Assembly (NCBI RefSeq): GCF_009914755.1
Contig: NC_060948.1
DNA length: 64,000 bases
Origin: the human T2T-CHM13v2.0 reference genome, Homo sapiens
Strand: one strand, 5' to 3'
Positions 35,180 through 52,300 of this stretch are shown piece by piece. Made by a program: the position numbers and the translations under genes. The notes beneath the pieces are model-generated. The model did not search any database and was not told where the DNA came from. It saw only the letters and a list, made by a program, of their open reading frames with translations. Positions within the stretch are counted from its first letter, which is position 1. Every line of letters begins with the position of its first letter.

Positions 35180-35750
35180 TGTTTCATTTTGTTTTGTTTT
35201 GGAGACAGGATCTCACTCTTTCAGTCAGTCTAGAGTGCAGTCATGCAATCATGACTCATTGCAGCCTTGACCTCCAGTATCCAAACCATCCTCCCACTTC
35301 AGGCTCCTGTCTAGCTTGGACTATGGGCATGTGCCTTCACACCTGGCTATTTTTCAAAATTTTTTGTAAAGATGATGTCTCCCTGGGCAACCAGCCTATG
35401 TTGCCCTGGCTGGTTGTGAACTGTTGCACTCAAACAATCCTCTTGCCTCAGCCTCCCACAGTGCTGGGATTACAGGCTTAGGTCATTGTGCCTGGTCCTC
35501 TTTTTATTTTCTCTTTTATTTGATAGCATCTTCTCATGTAGCCAAGGCTGGTCTCAAACTCTGGGCTCAGGTTTTTCTTCCAGCTTAACCTCTTGAGTAG
35601 CTAAGATTACAGGCCCTTGCCACAATTCTTGACTAATTTTTTAAATTTTTTGTAGAAATAGGGTCTCCCTGTGTTGCCCAGGCTGGTCTCAAACTCCTTG
35701 GTGTCGAGCAATCCTCCTTCTATGACCTCCCAAGCCACTGCGCCCCGCCA
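35180..35750 (-). mobile_element. Two adjacent old Alu (J-like) elements
   Basis: GGAGACAGGATCTCACTC...GTGCTGGGATTACAGG, then a second partial copy from ~35520. Confidence 0.8.
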
Positions 35751-36888
35751 AGTCTTTTGTTATTATTTTATTATTATTATTATTGTTGTTGTTGTTGTCA
35801 TTGTTGTTATTATAATAAAAATGCATACTTCCATCAAAAGTAAAAAGGGAGTGCCTACTCCCCATAAGTTTACCAACTTCCAGGGTTCTGTGACATTAAT
35901 ACTTGATAAGCCATGATGTATAATTAAAATTACTTTTATTATAATTTGTAACTTTCTAATTACAAATTTTATTTATTCACGACCTTGTATTCCCCAGAAA
36001 AAAAAATTCATGTATTTTGCCTAATATTCTATGGAAAATCTGTGTTTGCTATAAAAATCAGACATTTCTCTCTGTTTGTTTATTGTACCTGTATCATCTA
36101 TGTATTACATATGTTGAAAGTAGATGGTTGGAAGGTCAAAATTGCCATCTTATTATGTCTGCGTTGTCTTATTGAAAATAAGCTCCTAATCATTTATCAG
36201 CTCTTTTCTTTATTGTACATATAAACTTATATAAAATAAAAATTCCAGTGGGTAACTAGAAGAATTGAAGAATGAAGCCACCAGCAGTACTATCAAGTAA
36301 AAAATTATTCCCCATGCACAGATTGCCTGTTTCACATATCATCACAACTGCACTGTTTTTATTAATATTTCACTCATTTCTCATCAGCACCATAAAATAT
36401 TTCCCATATTTTTGTTTTCATTTTAATTTTTTTGTCTTTGAAGAAAATGCTTTTGAATTTTTAAATTGTTTTCTCATTGTTGAATTGAACACAATATTTC
36501 ACTTCTTTGGGGTTTTTATTCAAAATTACAGGCTTGAGTCTCTATGCCTGGCCTGTAGCAGCTTTTGAAGGGACAAAAGTTGAGCCCATTCACACTTAGG
36601 GAGAAAAAAACATGAATTGAGCAAGAGAACTAGTTTTTTGTTTGGGATACTAACATGTGCTGGAAATCACCACCACTGAAAAAATGTAGGAGGAACAATA
36701 TTATGGAATTTGGATAAATCATAACAGCCTTACTTACTGTGTTCTGTTTTCTTTGGTTCTTCTCAGTGTCCTAGAAAGTGGCTGAAATCAGCTCAGAGCT
36801 ATAAACTAAGGACTGACTTCTAGGATGCTGATACCTCTTCACCTTTCCAGCATCCTGAGAGGATGTGATACCAACAAGTGTTCAATTA

Positions 36889-39430
<2,542 letters not shown>

Positions 39431-39591
39431 AAGAGGTTTGTACCTCTTTATTTTATTCATTGTGTTTGTTCATTAGTACCTTTCAGTTAAATGCAGACTA
39501 CCTATCTCTCCCCCACCACGTCTAACTGAATTTTTCTCCAGCTACGTAGAATACTTTAAATACGTCCATACTTAAGTAGTCTCCTTCCAGG

Positions 39592-40124
39592 CTATTGCAT
39601 TTTCCCTACTGCTGCTGTAAAAAATCAACACTAATTTAGTTGCCCAAAACATGATCCATTTAGAATCTGGCAGTTCTCTAGATCAGAAGTCCAACACAGT
39701 TTTCTCTGGGCAAAAATCAATGTCTTGGCAGACTGTGTTCTTTTTTGGAAGCATTTTCAAGGAATTTGTTTTCAGGTTAACTCAAGTTGTTGCCAAACTA
39801 ACACCTAATTTTGTCGCTGGCTGTCAGTTAAGGGTTATACCCAGATTCTAGAGGCTGCCAACCTTTCTGGGAAAGAGGTCCCCTTCCTCCTCCTAAAAGC
39901 GATTAATGCTGCATTCATCCTTCTCAGGTCATATAACTAGGACACCTCCTTAACTGCACATTTTCACCTTGAAAAACTCATGTGATGAGATATGGTTTAT
40001 CTGGATGAATCACCCCATCTCAAAGTCCTTAATCACATTTACAAAGTCCCGTTTGCCAGGTAACGTCAAATGTTCACCGGTTTCAGGATAGCCACTTCTG
40101 GAGGGCCATTCCTGTGCTTACAAC
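39592..40124 (-). mobile_element. Old MaLR LTR (MLT1-like)
   Basis: TGCTGCTGTAA...CAGTTCT...CAGAAGTCC...AATCACATTTACAAAGTCC pattern. Confidence 0.65.
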
Positions 40125-40179
40125 AGAAATTGTGTCTCTTAATTTGATAGAAAGCTTTGGATCATCACGCAAGACTTTG

Positions 40180-40698
40180 TGAAGGATGATGATGCTGGTG
40201 ATGATGATAGTGATGGTGATAGTGATGGTGCTGAGGCTGATGGCAGTGCTGATGACGATGATGGGGATGATGACAATGAGAGGGTCATGGAGATGATGGG
40301 AATGATGATGATGATAATTGTAGGGATGATGGTGATGGTGATAATGATAGCGATGGTGATGATAATGGGAATGATGGTGATAACGATGATAGTGATGGTG
40401 ATGATGATGGGAGTGATGATAATGATGAGGATGATGATGATAATGGTGATAATAGTGATGATGGTGATGATGATAATGATGGCAAAGATGATGGTGATGA
40501 TAATGATAATTGCGCTGATGATAATAATAATTGTGGTGATGATAATAATAATGGTGGTGATAAGAATGATGGTGATGGATGATGATGATGGTGATGATGA
40601 TAATGATGGTGTTGAGGGTGGTGATGATGGTGATGATAGTGAAGACAATGATAGTGATGATCATTGTAATATGGTAGTGATAGTAATTATAAGATTAT
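40180..40698 (+). repeat. Degenerate (GAT/GGT/AAT)n triplet repeat
   Basis: About 520 bp with 3-nt periodicity. Confidence 0.95.
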
Positions 40699-41419
40699 AA
40701 AATCTCATTGCTGTACAGATTTAATCAGATAGAATGTTGTTGAAAAGCATGAGATAATAAAGAAATTGAGGTATTTTTTCTTTCCTACTTATGTACAAAT
40801 GTCATGTCCAACTTACAAACATATCCAGGACAAGACCACACTTTATGTTATACTTTTAAGGTCTTCCCTGTAGAATAAATTGAGCCTTTTATTATCAAGT
40901 TTTCTTATCTTTTCTTAACTCCCTTGGTTGACTGCTTTTCAGATTTAGGTGATGTGTCCCCTGTTAAGGAGTTGAAGCTGGCTAACATAACTGCCCATGA
41001 TGATTTTCCTAAAGTTCGGTAACTATAAGATCTAAGAACCCTATGGGCTTAGTGACCATACCCAGTCTGAATGTAGCTTTGTTGTTTAGAAAGCTATGAG
41101 TAATTTTAGTTCGTACTAGAAAATGAGACATAGTGCCTTATGAAAGTAACACTTTGAGAAAGAATGGAAGGAAATGTACTCTAGCAAATGAACCCACAGC
41201 TCAGTTCAAATGGATCAACAGTGCCATTTGTGATGTTTACATTTCTTTGATTTAAAAACACATTTATTTAAAATATATATATTTAAAACCCATTTATATA
41301 TATTAAATATGTATATACACATATGTTAAATACCCATTTATTAAAATGCACATACACACACGTGCACATGCACACACACACCTATTCTTGGATTTTATTT
41401 GAGCAGAGATGAATCCAGC

Positions 41420-41760
41420 TGATATGGTTTGCTTATGTCCCCACCTAAATCTCATCTTGAATTGTAAATCCCCATGTGTCAAGGATGGGGCCAACTGAAT
41501 CATGGGGGTGGATTCCACCATACTGTTCTCATGGTCGTGAATAAATCTCACAAGGTCTCATGGTTTTATAAGTGGGAGTTTCTCTGCACAAGCTCTCTTG
41601 GCTGCTGCCATGTAAGACACGACTTTGCTCCTCCTTGCCTTACACCCTGAGTGTAAGGCCTCCCAAACTTATGGAACTGTGAGTCCACTAACCTCTTTTG
41701 TTTATAAATTACCCTGTTTTGGGTATATATTTATTAGCAGCATGAGAACAGACAAATATG
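41420..41760 (+). mobile_element. THE1 (MaLR) solo LTR
   Basis: TGATATGGTTTGCTTATGTCCCCACCTAAATCTCATCTTGAATTGTA...AGCAGCATGAGAACAGAC. Confidence 0.88.
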
Positions 41761-42035
<275 letters not shown>

Positions 42036-42899
42036 ATTCTCAGGGAATTCCTAAGAGCAAGGATCTGAGTGACTGACTGTAGTATAGCTTATAAAAGATT
42101 CCTTAAAGGAAACCAGAATGGGTGGCTCTGTTCTGCTTACGTTGCACTCTTGTTTGGCCAAGTTACTGATCTTCAGTTAAATACACTCCTACTCTATTTG
42201 AAAGGGATCCATGGGGTGGTGTTGGTGCTCATTAATTAATTACAGTTTGATTCATTAACGAAGAGTGATGAAGTAAGTGATTTGACCGACTTAGGGAATA
42301 TTTTCTTTCAAGTTGTAACTTAGAAAACAACCCCATATATCTGATCTCTGCTTCGAAAGGGAAGAAGGGTAAGAGAACACCATGCCCTTTTAAGGAGTTT
42401 GTGTCTTGAAAAAAATAGGCAGAAGTGTACACTAGAATTATATTTTGGGTACCAATAAGTGCAAGCATTGGCCTGTTCCCTAAGGGAATATCATAGGCAT
42501 AGATTCAGGGAGCTGGATGCCATGTCATGGAAGCTTCTGCAAAGTGCCAGAAGAAATCTGCTTTTATCTTTCTTTAATACCAAGTGTATTTATTGGAGAG
42601 TAAAACTTCAACATACTGAATAGTTGCTTGAGATATGCCTTAAAATTAAAGGTAAAGGTAAGATGTGTGTGTTTAGTCTTTATGAGAGCTTTCTAACCCT
42701 GTCTCACTCCCTCAACATGCCAACAAATCAAAAGTCACAAAATGGAAGGAAGATAATGATTCTCAATACAATTATATGCCCTTGGAAGGTTACAGGACCA
42801 AACTATTGGGTCCTTTGATCCAAACATTTGTCTTCAATAACCTCTACTCAGTCACTGCAAATAAATTACTAGACCAGAATCCTTTGCTAAGTTTTAGAC

Positions 42900-43146
42900 T
42901 CTAATAAAACATATATTGAATATATTTATATTATATATTAGTTATATAATATAAGTATAAAATATGTCCTTTTTATTTTATTCAATACAAATGTATTAAT
43001 ATTAATATATTTATAAATATATTAAATATTAAACATAATTATATTAAATATCAACATATTAAATATTAAATATGAACATGTTGAATATGTTTAACATATT
43101 TAACATAGTAAATAAATATATTCATTAAATATAAACATATTATAAG
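42900..43146. repeat. AT-rich low-complexity tract
   Basis: Almost entirely A/T with ATATTAA(AT/C) reiterations. Confidence 0.8.
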
Positions 43147-43445
43147 TTTTTTTTGAGTTGGAGTCTCATTCTATTGCCCAGGTTGAAGTGCTGTGGTGTG
43201 ATCTCTGCTTACCACAACTTATGCCTTCTAGGTTCAAGCTATTCTCCTTCCTTAGCCTCTAAAGTAGCTGGGCTTTCAGGTGCACACCACCACACTGGGC
43301 TAATTTTTGTGTTTTTAGTAGAGATGGGGTTTCACCATGTTGGCCAGGCTAGTCTCAAATTCTTCACCTCAGTTGATCCACCTGCCTTGGCCTCCCAAAC
43401 TACTGGGATAACAGGTGTGAGCCAAGATATTGGGATTACACCCAG
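43147..43445 (-). mobile_element. Alu (S-like)
   Basis: TTTTTTGAG...GGAGTCTCA...GGTGTGAGCC. Confidence 0.9.
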
Positions 43446-43756
43446 ACAAGATATTAAAATATATTTAATAGACACAACTGTACCTCACACATATACATTT
43501 GAATATCGCATAAATATCTTTAATATATTTATCCAAAATGAATCTAAAATTAGCTAAAGGATTCCAGATTTATAAGAGGAAGACTGTTATAATTTGTCCA
43601 AATTGCATAATATTCTTCCTCCTATATTTCTTATGGGATGATGATTTCCAACACATGTTAATATCCCAAACACAAAAATGAGGGCTCATGGTTCATTCAT
43701 TGTTGTCTCCTTAATTATTATTGGGCTCAACCTTTATCCCTTCAAAATCTCCTACA

Positions 43757-44052
43757 GGCCAGCCATAGTGGCTAAAGCCTGTAATCCCAGCACTTCTGGA
43801 AACTGAAGTGGGAGGATCATTTGAGCCCAGGAATTTGAGACCACTATGGGCAACATAGTGACACCCAGTCTCTACAAAAAAATCAAAAACTTAGCCAGGT
43901 GTGGTGGCATGTGCCTGTGGTATCAGCTACTTGGGAGGCTGAGGTAGGAAGACCTCTTGAGCCCAAGAGATAAAGGCTGAAGTGAACTGTGATCACTTCA
44001 CTACATTCCACCCTGGATAACAGAGCAAGACCCTGTCTCAGAGGAAAAAAAA
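43757..44052 (+). mobile_element. Alu (J-like)
   Basis: GGCCAGCCATAGTGGCT...GACCCTGTCTC. Confidence 0.88.
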
Positions 44053-44059
44053 ATCATAT

Positions 44060-44830
44060 ATGGAATTCAAAAGACACCAGGATGCCTAAATAGTTGAAAA
44101 GAGATCATTTTGGTGATAATTGGTTTGCAAACTTGGAAGACTTCAAACTTGCAAAATTCTGGGGCTGACTGAAGACACCCTCTTTTTGAAGAGGAGAAGG
44201 ATATGTTGGTTTTTATACTTCACAATGTCCATATTACATGATAGAATTCACATGTTCATCAGGGTTGGGAAGAAAGCTATTCATATTTATGAGAGGAGCC
44301 AAGTACATGCAGATTGGGTAAACATATATGTGACATACATCCCATGTTCACTTTGATGTGAAATTTTAGCATTAAAATGGTGATGGTGGTGGTGATGATG
44401 GTGATGGTAATGGTGATGGTAATAATGATGGTAATGGTGGTGCTGATGATGGTTATGACAATGATAAGGTGGAATTAGGCTCTTTTTGTCAAAAAGTGAG
44501 CAATAGGACACAAAGACAAGGTCGTGTACAGCTACTGTAAGCTGCTGAAACTGATAGTTAGGTCTGCAGTTGCTTATTGGAAAAGAATGTTTGTGGGGCC
44601 AGTCCTCTGTCCAGTTAGAGTTGTAGTGGTCTGGGTTCAAAATCTGAGTTGGAAGGCATTGTATAATTTGCCTGATTGCTGCTATCATAGGGAGTTGGGC
44701 CATAGGAATTTAGAAATTTGCCTTCCCAACCAGAGACTGAATGCTTCACCCACAGATAACTTTTGTTTCCTTAATTTTAGGATCCCTCTTTTTTTATGAA
44801 AGGGCATTTTTCTTCGATCTGTCAGATCAT
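44060..44830 (-). mobile_element. Old ERV1-class LTR (family uncertain) containing a (TGA/TGG)n tract at 44378-44467
   Basis: CATATATGTGACATACATCCCATGTTCACTTTG...TTTTAGCATTAAAATG[repeat]AGGTGGAATTAGGCTCTT motifs. Confidence 0.5.
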
Positions 44831-44929
44831 GTAAGACAGGTGAGTTAAATGACACATCATAAGCATTCATTGAAACAATGGCCAGTGCTTGGCAGTACTG
44901 AAACTTAAAAGACAATCAAAGTTGGGCAT

Positions 44930-45169
44930 AACCTCAGCACTTTGGGAGGCTGAGGTGAGTGGATCACTTAAAATCAGGATTTCAACATGGTGAAACCCCA
45001 TCTCTATGAAAAATACACACCGAAATTTAGCTGGGCTTGGTGGTATGTGCCTGTAATCCCATATACTCGAGAGGCTGAGGCAGGAAAATTCCTTCACCTG
45101 GGAGGTGGAGGTTGCAGTGAGCCAAGATTGCACCACTACACTCCTAGGCAATGGAGTGAGACCTTGTCT

Positions 45170-45211
<42 letters not shown>

Positions 45212-45230
45212 AAAAAAGAAAAAAAAAAGG
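44930..45230 (+). mobile_element. Partial Alu with long A tail
   Basis: CAGCACTTTGGGAGGCTGAGG...GTCTC plus ~39 A. Confidence 0.9.
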
Positions 45231-46384
45231 AAACCAATAAAATTTCTTGCTGACTACATTTACCAATGAATTAATAATTTTGTTAACTCTGAACGATAGG
45301 TTGAAGATATTTTGAGAAGAATTTTATTTCTGGCTATTAAGTTGATGGCCTTATTTAGTAGGAACACAAGGTTATTATTATTTTCAGAGTCTTTTGCAAT
45401 GGCACATTTGTTCTACTTAATGTGACCAACAGTTATTTTTGCTTACAAAATCCATGGATTATGGCATGTGTCTCAGATATTTATTACTTTTCTCTTCCAG
45501 CCACAAACATATCTCAGCATGTTAGATGGTCTGCCTAATTATATTTCAAAGAAAAACCTTTATTTTGAATATTACACTGAATGATTATCAACATGGCATA
45601 GATTAAAAAGGATAATTAGGACTGTTTCCATAGCAACTCACTTGTAATAGTAAATTTTAAAAATTCTGCAAAAACAATTTGATACAGGTTATAAATCACA
45701 CATTTTTAAAACCAGAAATTTTCCACTGTGCATCCTATACTTATTCTAATGTAGTCTTGTTTTCTCTTCAGAAGATAATTTAAATATCAATTCAGCTCAA
45801 TTTTATTGCATTTATCTTTGCAGTAAGTCAGTCATTTTACAGTCTAAGTTGAGTTTTCAATAAACTATTTAGAATGACAGGAACATTGCCATTTTGATAC
45901 AGGTATATTTCTGAATATTTCTGCATCTGGTATTTGGAATGTAGTTTTAAAAAGTAATTGTTTTGTCTTGAGAGTAAGTGTTTAGTGTCATACTATTCAC
46001 TGCATTAGAGACTAAGTGAATAATAAAAATTGTATGTAGCTCATTCTAGAAGAATGTCAAGTCAACCCAGAGGCATTGGAGTTAACTATTCCTAAAATCT
46101 TTTGATTTTTTTTCCTGAAGATATTCTGAAAATATGAACAGATTACCTAAATGGTTTAGAGTAATTTTGAAAAATCAACAATTGTAACATTTATATTGGA
46201 GAGTGAAGCATATATACTAAGTTGGATTTTATCGAATGATTCTAAATCCTTATAAAAAGTTACCACCTGAAAACAACGATCTTATTTTGGTGTTGATGTT
46301 TTATCTTCAAAGAACGTGTGTCATAAATGTTGAATCAAATTCCAGCAGCATTGACGTTTTCTGGCTATTTTTTGGCTTTCTGTG

Positions 46385-46929
46385 TTTGTTTGCTTGTTTG
46401 TTTGTTTCTTTTTGAGACAGAATCTCATTCTGTCACTCATGCTGGAGTACAGTGACAGATCTTGGCTCACTGCAATCTCTACATCCCAGGTTCAAGCAGT
46501 TCCTCCGCCTCAGCCTCCCGAGTAGCTGGTACTATAGATACCACCACCATGCCCAGGTTATTTACTTATTTATTTATTTATTCCCAGGCTCATGCCATTC
46601 TCCTGCCTCAGCCTCCCGAGTAGCTGGGACTACAGGCACCCGCCACCATACCTAGCTAATTTTTTTTTGTTTTTAATAGAGACAGGGTTTCACCGTGTTA
46701 GCCAGGATGGTCTCGATCTCCTGACCTCATGATCCACCCGCTTCGGCCTCGCAGAATGCTGAGATTACAAGCGTGAGCCACCGCACCTGGCCAATTTTTT
46801 TTGTGTTGTTATTAGAGACAGGGTTTTGCATGTTGGCCAGATTGGTCTCCAACTGCTGACTTCAAGTGACCTGCCTGTGTCGCCCTCCTAAAATGCTGAG
46901 ATTACACGCATGGACCATTGCTCCTGGCC
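46385..46929 (-). mobile_element. Nested Alus: AluY-like (46558-46792) inside the linker of an older AluS
   Basis: Right arm, then (TTTA)n and CACCGTGTTAGCCAGGATGGTCTCGATCTCC...CCTGGCC, then the host linker and left arm. Confidence 0.82.
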
Positions 46930-47150
46930 TCTCACTTTGAATTTCTATAATTGAGTTGGGAATTTGAGTACACATTTGACAAGTATTTATCTTGTGCCTA
47001 CTTTGTGTGGCAAACCAGAAAATGCTGGGAATATAGCAACACACACGGAGCTGGAAATCGTGTAGGGAGAGAGGCAATAAACAAACTTATATGATATGGT
47101 ATCAAGTCCTCATAGTTGCAGGCACTATAACAAAACAATTATAAATATAG

Positions 47151-47373
47151 CAAAGAGTGTCTGGAAACTACAGCCCATGGGCCAGGTGTTGCTCTCCGCC
47201 CATTTTTGTAAATAAAGTTTTATTGGAACACTACCACACTCATTCACTTGTATACAGCATATGAATGCTTTCCCACTAAACAGCAGAGTTAAGCATATGT
47301 GACTGAAAGCACTGACCCACAAAGCCTAAAATATCTATTATCTGACCAATTGCAAAACAGTTGGAGACCCCTG
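47151..47373 (+). mobile_element. MER58A-like hAT DNA transposon fossil
   Basis: AAACTACAGCCCATGGGCC...TTTTGTAAATAAAGTTTTATTGGAACAC...AAAGCCTAAAATAT...GACCCCTG. Confidence 0.8.
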
Positions 47374-47569
47374 GTATAGAGATTTTAGGATTGTTCCATT
47401 TTATTACAGGATGGAAAGAGGGTGTCTATGAGGATGTAAATTTTCAGCAGCATGATTTCTTTTGAGAGTCCCCCTACAAAAAAGAAAAAAAAAATCCCAG
47501 TCAAGTCACAACATAGAATATTGGATTTTAAAATGTGATGTGTGTTGGAGGTGAAGTGTCCATATTTTC

Positions 47570-49155
<1,586 letters not shown>

Positions 49156-49760
49156 GTTAGATTTTTCTTTTCCAAATAAAGCTACCATGAACATTCATGT
49201 GCAGGTTTTATCTGAACGTTGTTTTTATCTCTCTGGCTTAATTTCCAATGAATACAATTATGAGTTATATGTGTCCATGTATATTACAGTGGTTTCTTTC
49301 TTGATATTATTCTTAATCAACTTTTTATATTTTACATGCATTGTTGGCAATAAGATGGACAGGTTGTTAACCTAAATTATTTAGGAAAACCTACACAAAC
49401 CCATATTAAAATTTTAATTCTTTTAACATTTTTCTTTGCATACCAAATGTAGATTTTCCAGACCTTTTTAGGTATCTCATTTGGTAGAAATGATTGCTTA
49501 TTTTATGTGTCTACCTTGAGAAATCAAAATGAATTGACTTATAATATTATACTTTTTATTTAAATTTTTAAAGTCCTTTTGGAAATTAAAAAACTGTGTG
49601 TTCTAATCACTAAAAGAGTCAGGAGAGCATATAGCACAGCTCCTCATTGTGCCATATGTGGAAATGGGGAAATGTGAAATTAAATTAACAGGAGGATTTG
49701 GGAGCACAAATAAAAAAGGCAAAGCAGCTTGTTGGGTAAATCAAATTACTGATAAATGTT

Positions 49761-52300
49761 AAGCCTCCAGAACCTGTACATTTAAAATGGTTTACAGGTA
49801 AGCCAATTTGGGTAGAACAATGGCCACTAAGTAAAGAGAAACTGGAAGCTTTAGAGAAATTAGTTGCTGAACAATTAGAAAATGGGAACATAGCTCCAAC
49901 ATTTTCTCCTTGGAATTCTCCAGTTTTAGTAATTAAGAAAAAATCAGGAAAACAGAGAATGTTAACTGACTTAAGAGCCATCTATTCAGTTATACAACCT
50001 ATGGGAGCATTACAGCCAGGATTACCTTCTTCTGCTTTAATTCCAAAAAATTGGCCTTTAATTGTCATAGATTTAAAAGATTGTTTCTTTACTATCCCAT
50101 TAGCTGAACAAGACTGTGAACTGTTTGCGTTTACAATTCCTGCGGTAAACAACCTGCAGCCTGCTAAGCATTATCACTGGAAAGTGTTGCCACAAGACAT
50201 GTTAAACAGTGCAACAATTTGCCAGACATATGTGAGGCAAGCAATTGAACCTACTCTTAAAAAATTTTCAGTATTACATTATTCATTATACAGATGATAT
50301 ACTTTGTACTGCCCCCACTCGAGAAATACTACTCCAATGTTATGATCACTTACAAAATTCAATTTCTTGTGCTGGTTTAATTACCGATCCTGACAAAATT
50401 CAGACTAGTACTCCTTAATCCTACTTGGGGATATTAGTAAATGACACTACCATTGTGCCACAGAAAGTAACCATACATAGGGCTATATTAAAAACATTAA
50501 ATGACTTTCAGAAATTACTAGGGTATATTAATTGGATAAGACCTGCTCTAGGCATTCCTATCTATGCCATAAGTAATCTGTTTTCTATCCTTAGAAGAAA
50601 TCCTAGTCTCACTAGCCCTCTGCAATTAACAAAAGAGGCTGAGGCAGAGTTACAACTGATTGAGAAGCAAATCCATAAAGCTCAGATAAATAGAACAGAT
50701 CCAGAGAAGACTCTGGATTTGTTAATCTTTTCAACTCAGCATTTACCTACTGGTGTTATTGTCCAAGAACTGGACTTAGAAGAGTGTTTTTTCTTCCCCT
50801 TCCTAATTCATGGACTCTAACTCCTTATTTAGATCAAATCACTACTATGATAGGGAGTGGGAGAACTCGAATTGTTAAATTACATGTATATGATCCTGGA
50901 AAAATTATTGTCCCTCTCATGAAGGCACAAATACAGCAAGCTTTTATAAATAGTCTTACATGGCAAACCCATTTAGCTGACTTTGTGGATATTCTCGATA
51001 ATCATTTTCCTAAAATGAAGCTGTTTCAGTTGTTGAAATTTACTAATGGGATTCTCCCTAAAATAACTAAATTTAAACCAATTGAAGGTGCTGAGAATGT
51101 TTTTACAGTTGGGTCTAGTAATGGTAAAGCTTCCTATTTTGGCTCAAAAAGTAAAGTTTTCCAGACATCCTGTACTTCAGCTCAAAAAGCAGAGCTGGCA
51201 GCGGTAATTGAGGTATGGACTTCTTTTGATATGGCTGTTAGTATGATTTCTGATTCTTCATACGTGATTCATTCCACACAGTTAATTGGAAATGCTCAGT
51301 TAGGATTTCATACAGACAAACAACGGATGGCTTTATTTACCCAATTGCAAACAGCAGTTAGGAGTAGAATGGACTCTTTTTACATCACTTACATTAGGGT
51401 TCACACACTTCTTCCAGGACCTTTGACTGAAAGGAATCAAATGACTGATTGCCTAGTTGATACTGCAATGTCTAATGCCAGACACTTTCACAGTTTAACC
51501 AATGATAATGGCTCTGGTCTCAAACCAGATACAGCATTACCTGGAAAGAAGCTAAAGCTATTATCCAGTGATGCCCAACTTGCCAAATGGTACATTCCTC
51601 ATCTTTTACAGGAGGAGGTAATCCTCAAGGATTGGAACCTAAGTCTAATTGGCAAATGGATGTCACACATGTTCCCTCGTCTGGGAGACTAGCTTATGTA
51701 CGTGTATGTGCAGACAGCTTTTCTCATGTTGTTTGGGCTATGTGCCAAACAGGAGAGTCTTATGCCTGTGTTAAACTCATCTTTTGCTATGTTTTGTGGT
51801 GATGGGCATTCCAGCTTCTATTACAACAGATAATGCCCCAGGCTATACTAGCCAAGCTCTAGCTACCTTCTCTACGTGGAATATTGAACACATTACTGGT
51901 ACCCCATACAATTCTCAGGGACAAGCCATAGTGGAAAAAATGAATCTCTCCCAAAAACAGCAGTTGCAAAAGCAAAAAGGGAGAAACAATGTTGGAACAC
52001 GACAGATGCAACTGAACCTAGCATTATTAACTTTAAATTTTTTAAGCCTGCCCAAAGGCCAGATATTATCAGCAGCTGAACAACATTTACAGAAACCAGC
52101 TGCAAATACAGAAACAGAACAACTGATTTGGTGGAGAGATCCAATAACAAAAAGTTGGGAAATAGGTAAAATAATAACTTGGGGTAGAGGTTATGCTTAT
52201 ATTTATCCAGGCCAAAATCAACAGCTGATTTAGATACCATCAAGACACCTGAAACCTTATCATGAGCCAGATGATGAAGAAGTGACTCCAGAGGACCCCC
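49761..52300 (+). pseudogene. pol: HML-3 pol remnant
   Basis: ORF fragments 49959-50297, 50425-50820, 50784-51692, 51587-51802, 51784-52233 carry RT, RNase H and integrase motifs. Confidence 0.88.

Noticed and set aside
40083-40700. His-rich, Ile-rich and Asp/Met-rich ORFs
   Set aside because: They are translations of a degenerate triplet repeat, with no splice or domain support
40943-41018. Possible exon between TTTTCAG and GTAACT, open in one frame
   Set aside because: No recognisable protein or partner exons; such motifs occur often by chance
50784-51692. 302-aa ORF, the longest in the window
   Set aside because: It is a fragment of frameshifted HML-3 pol with a degenerate RNase H motif (FTVGSS for FTDGSS), not a functional gene
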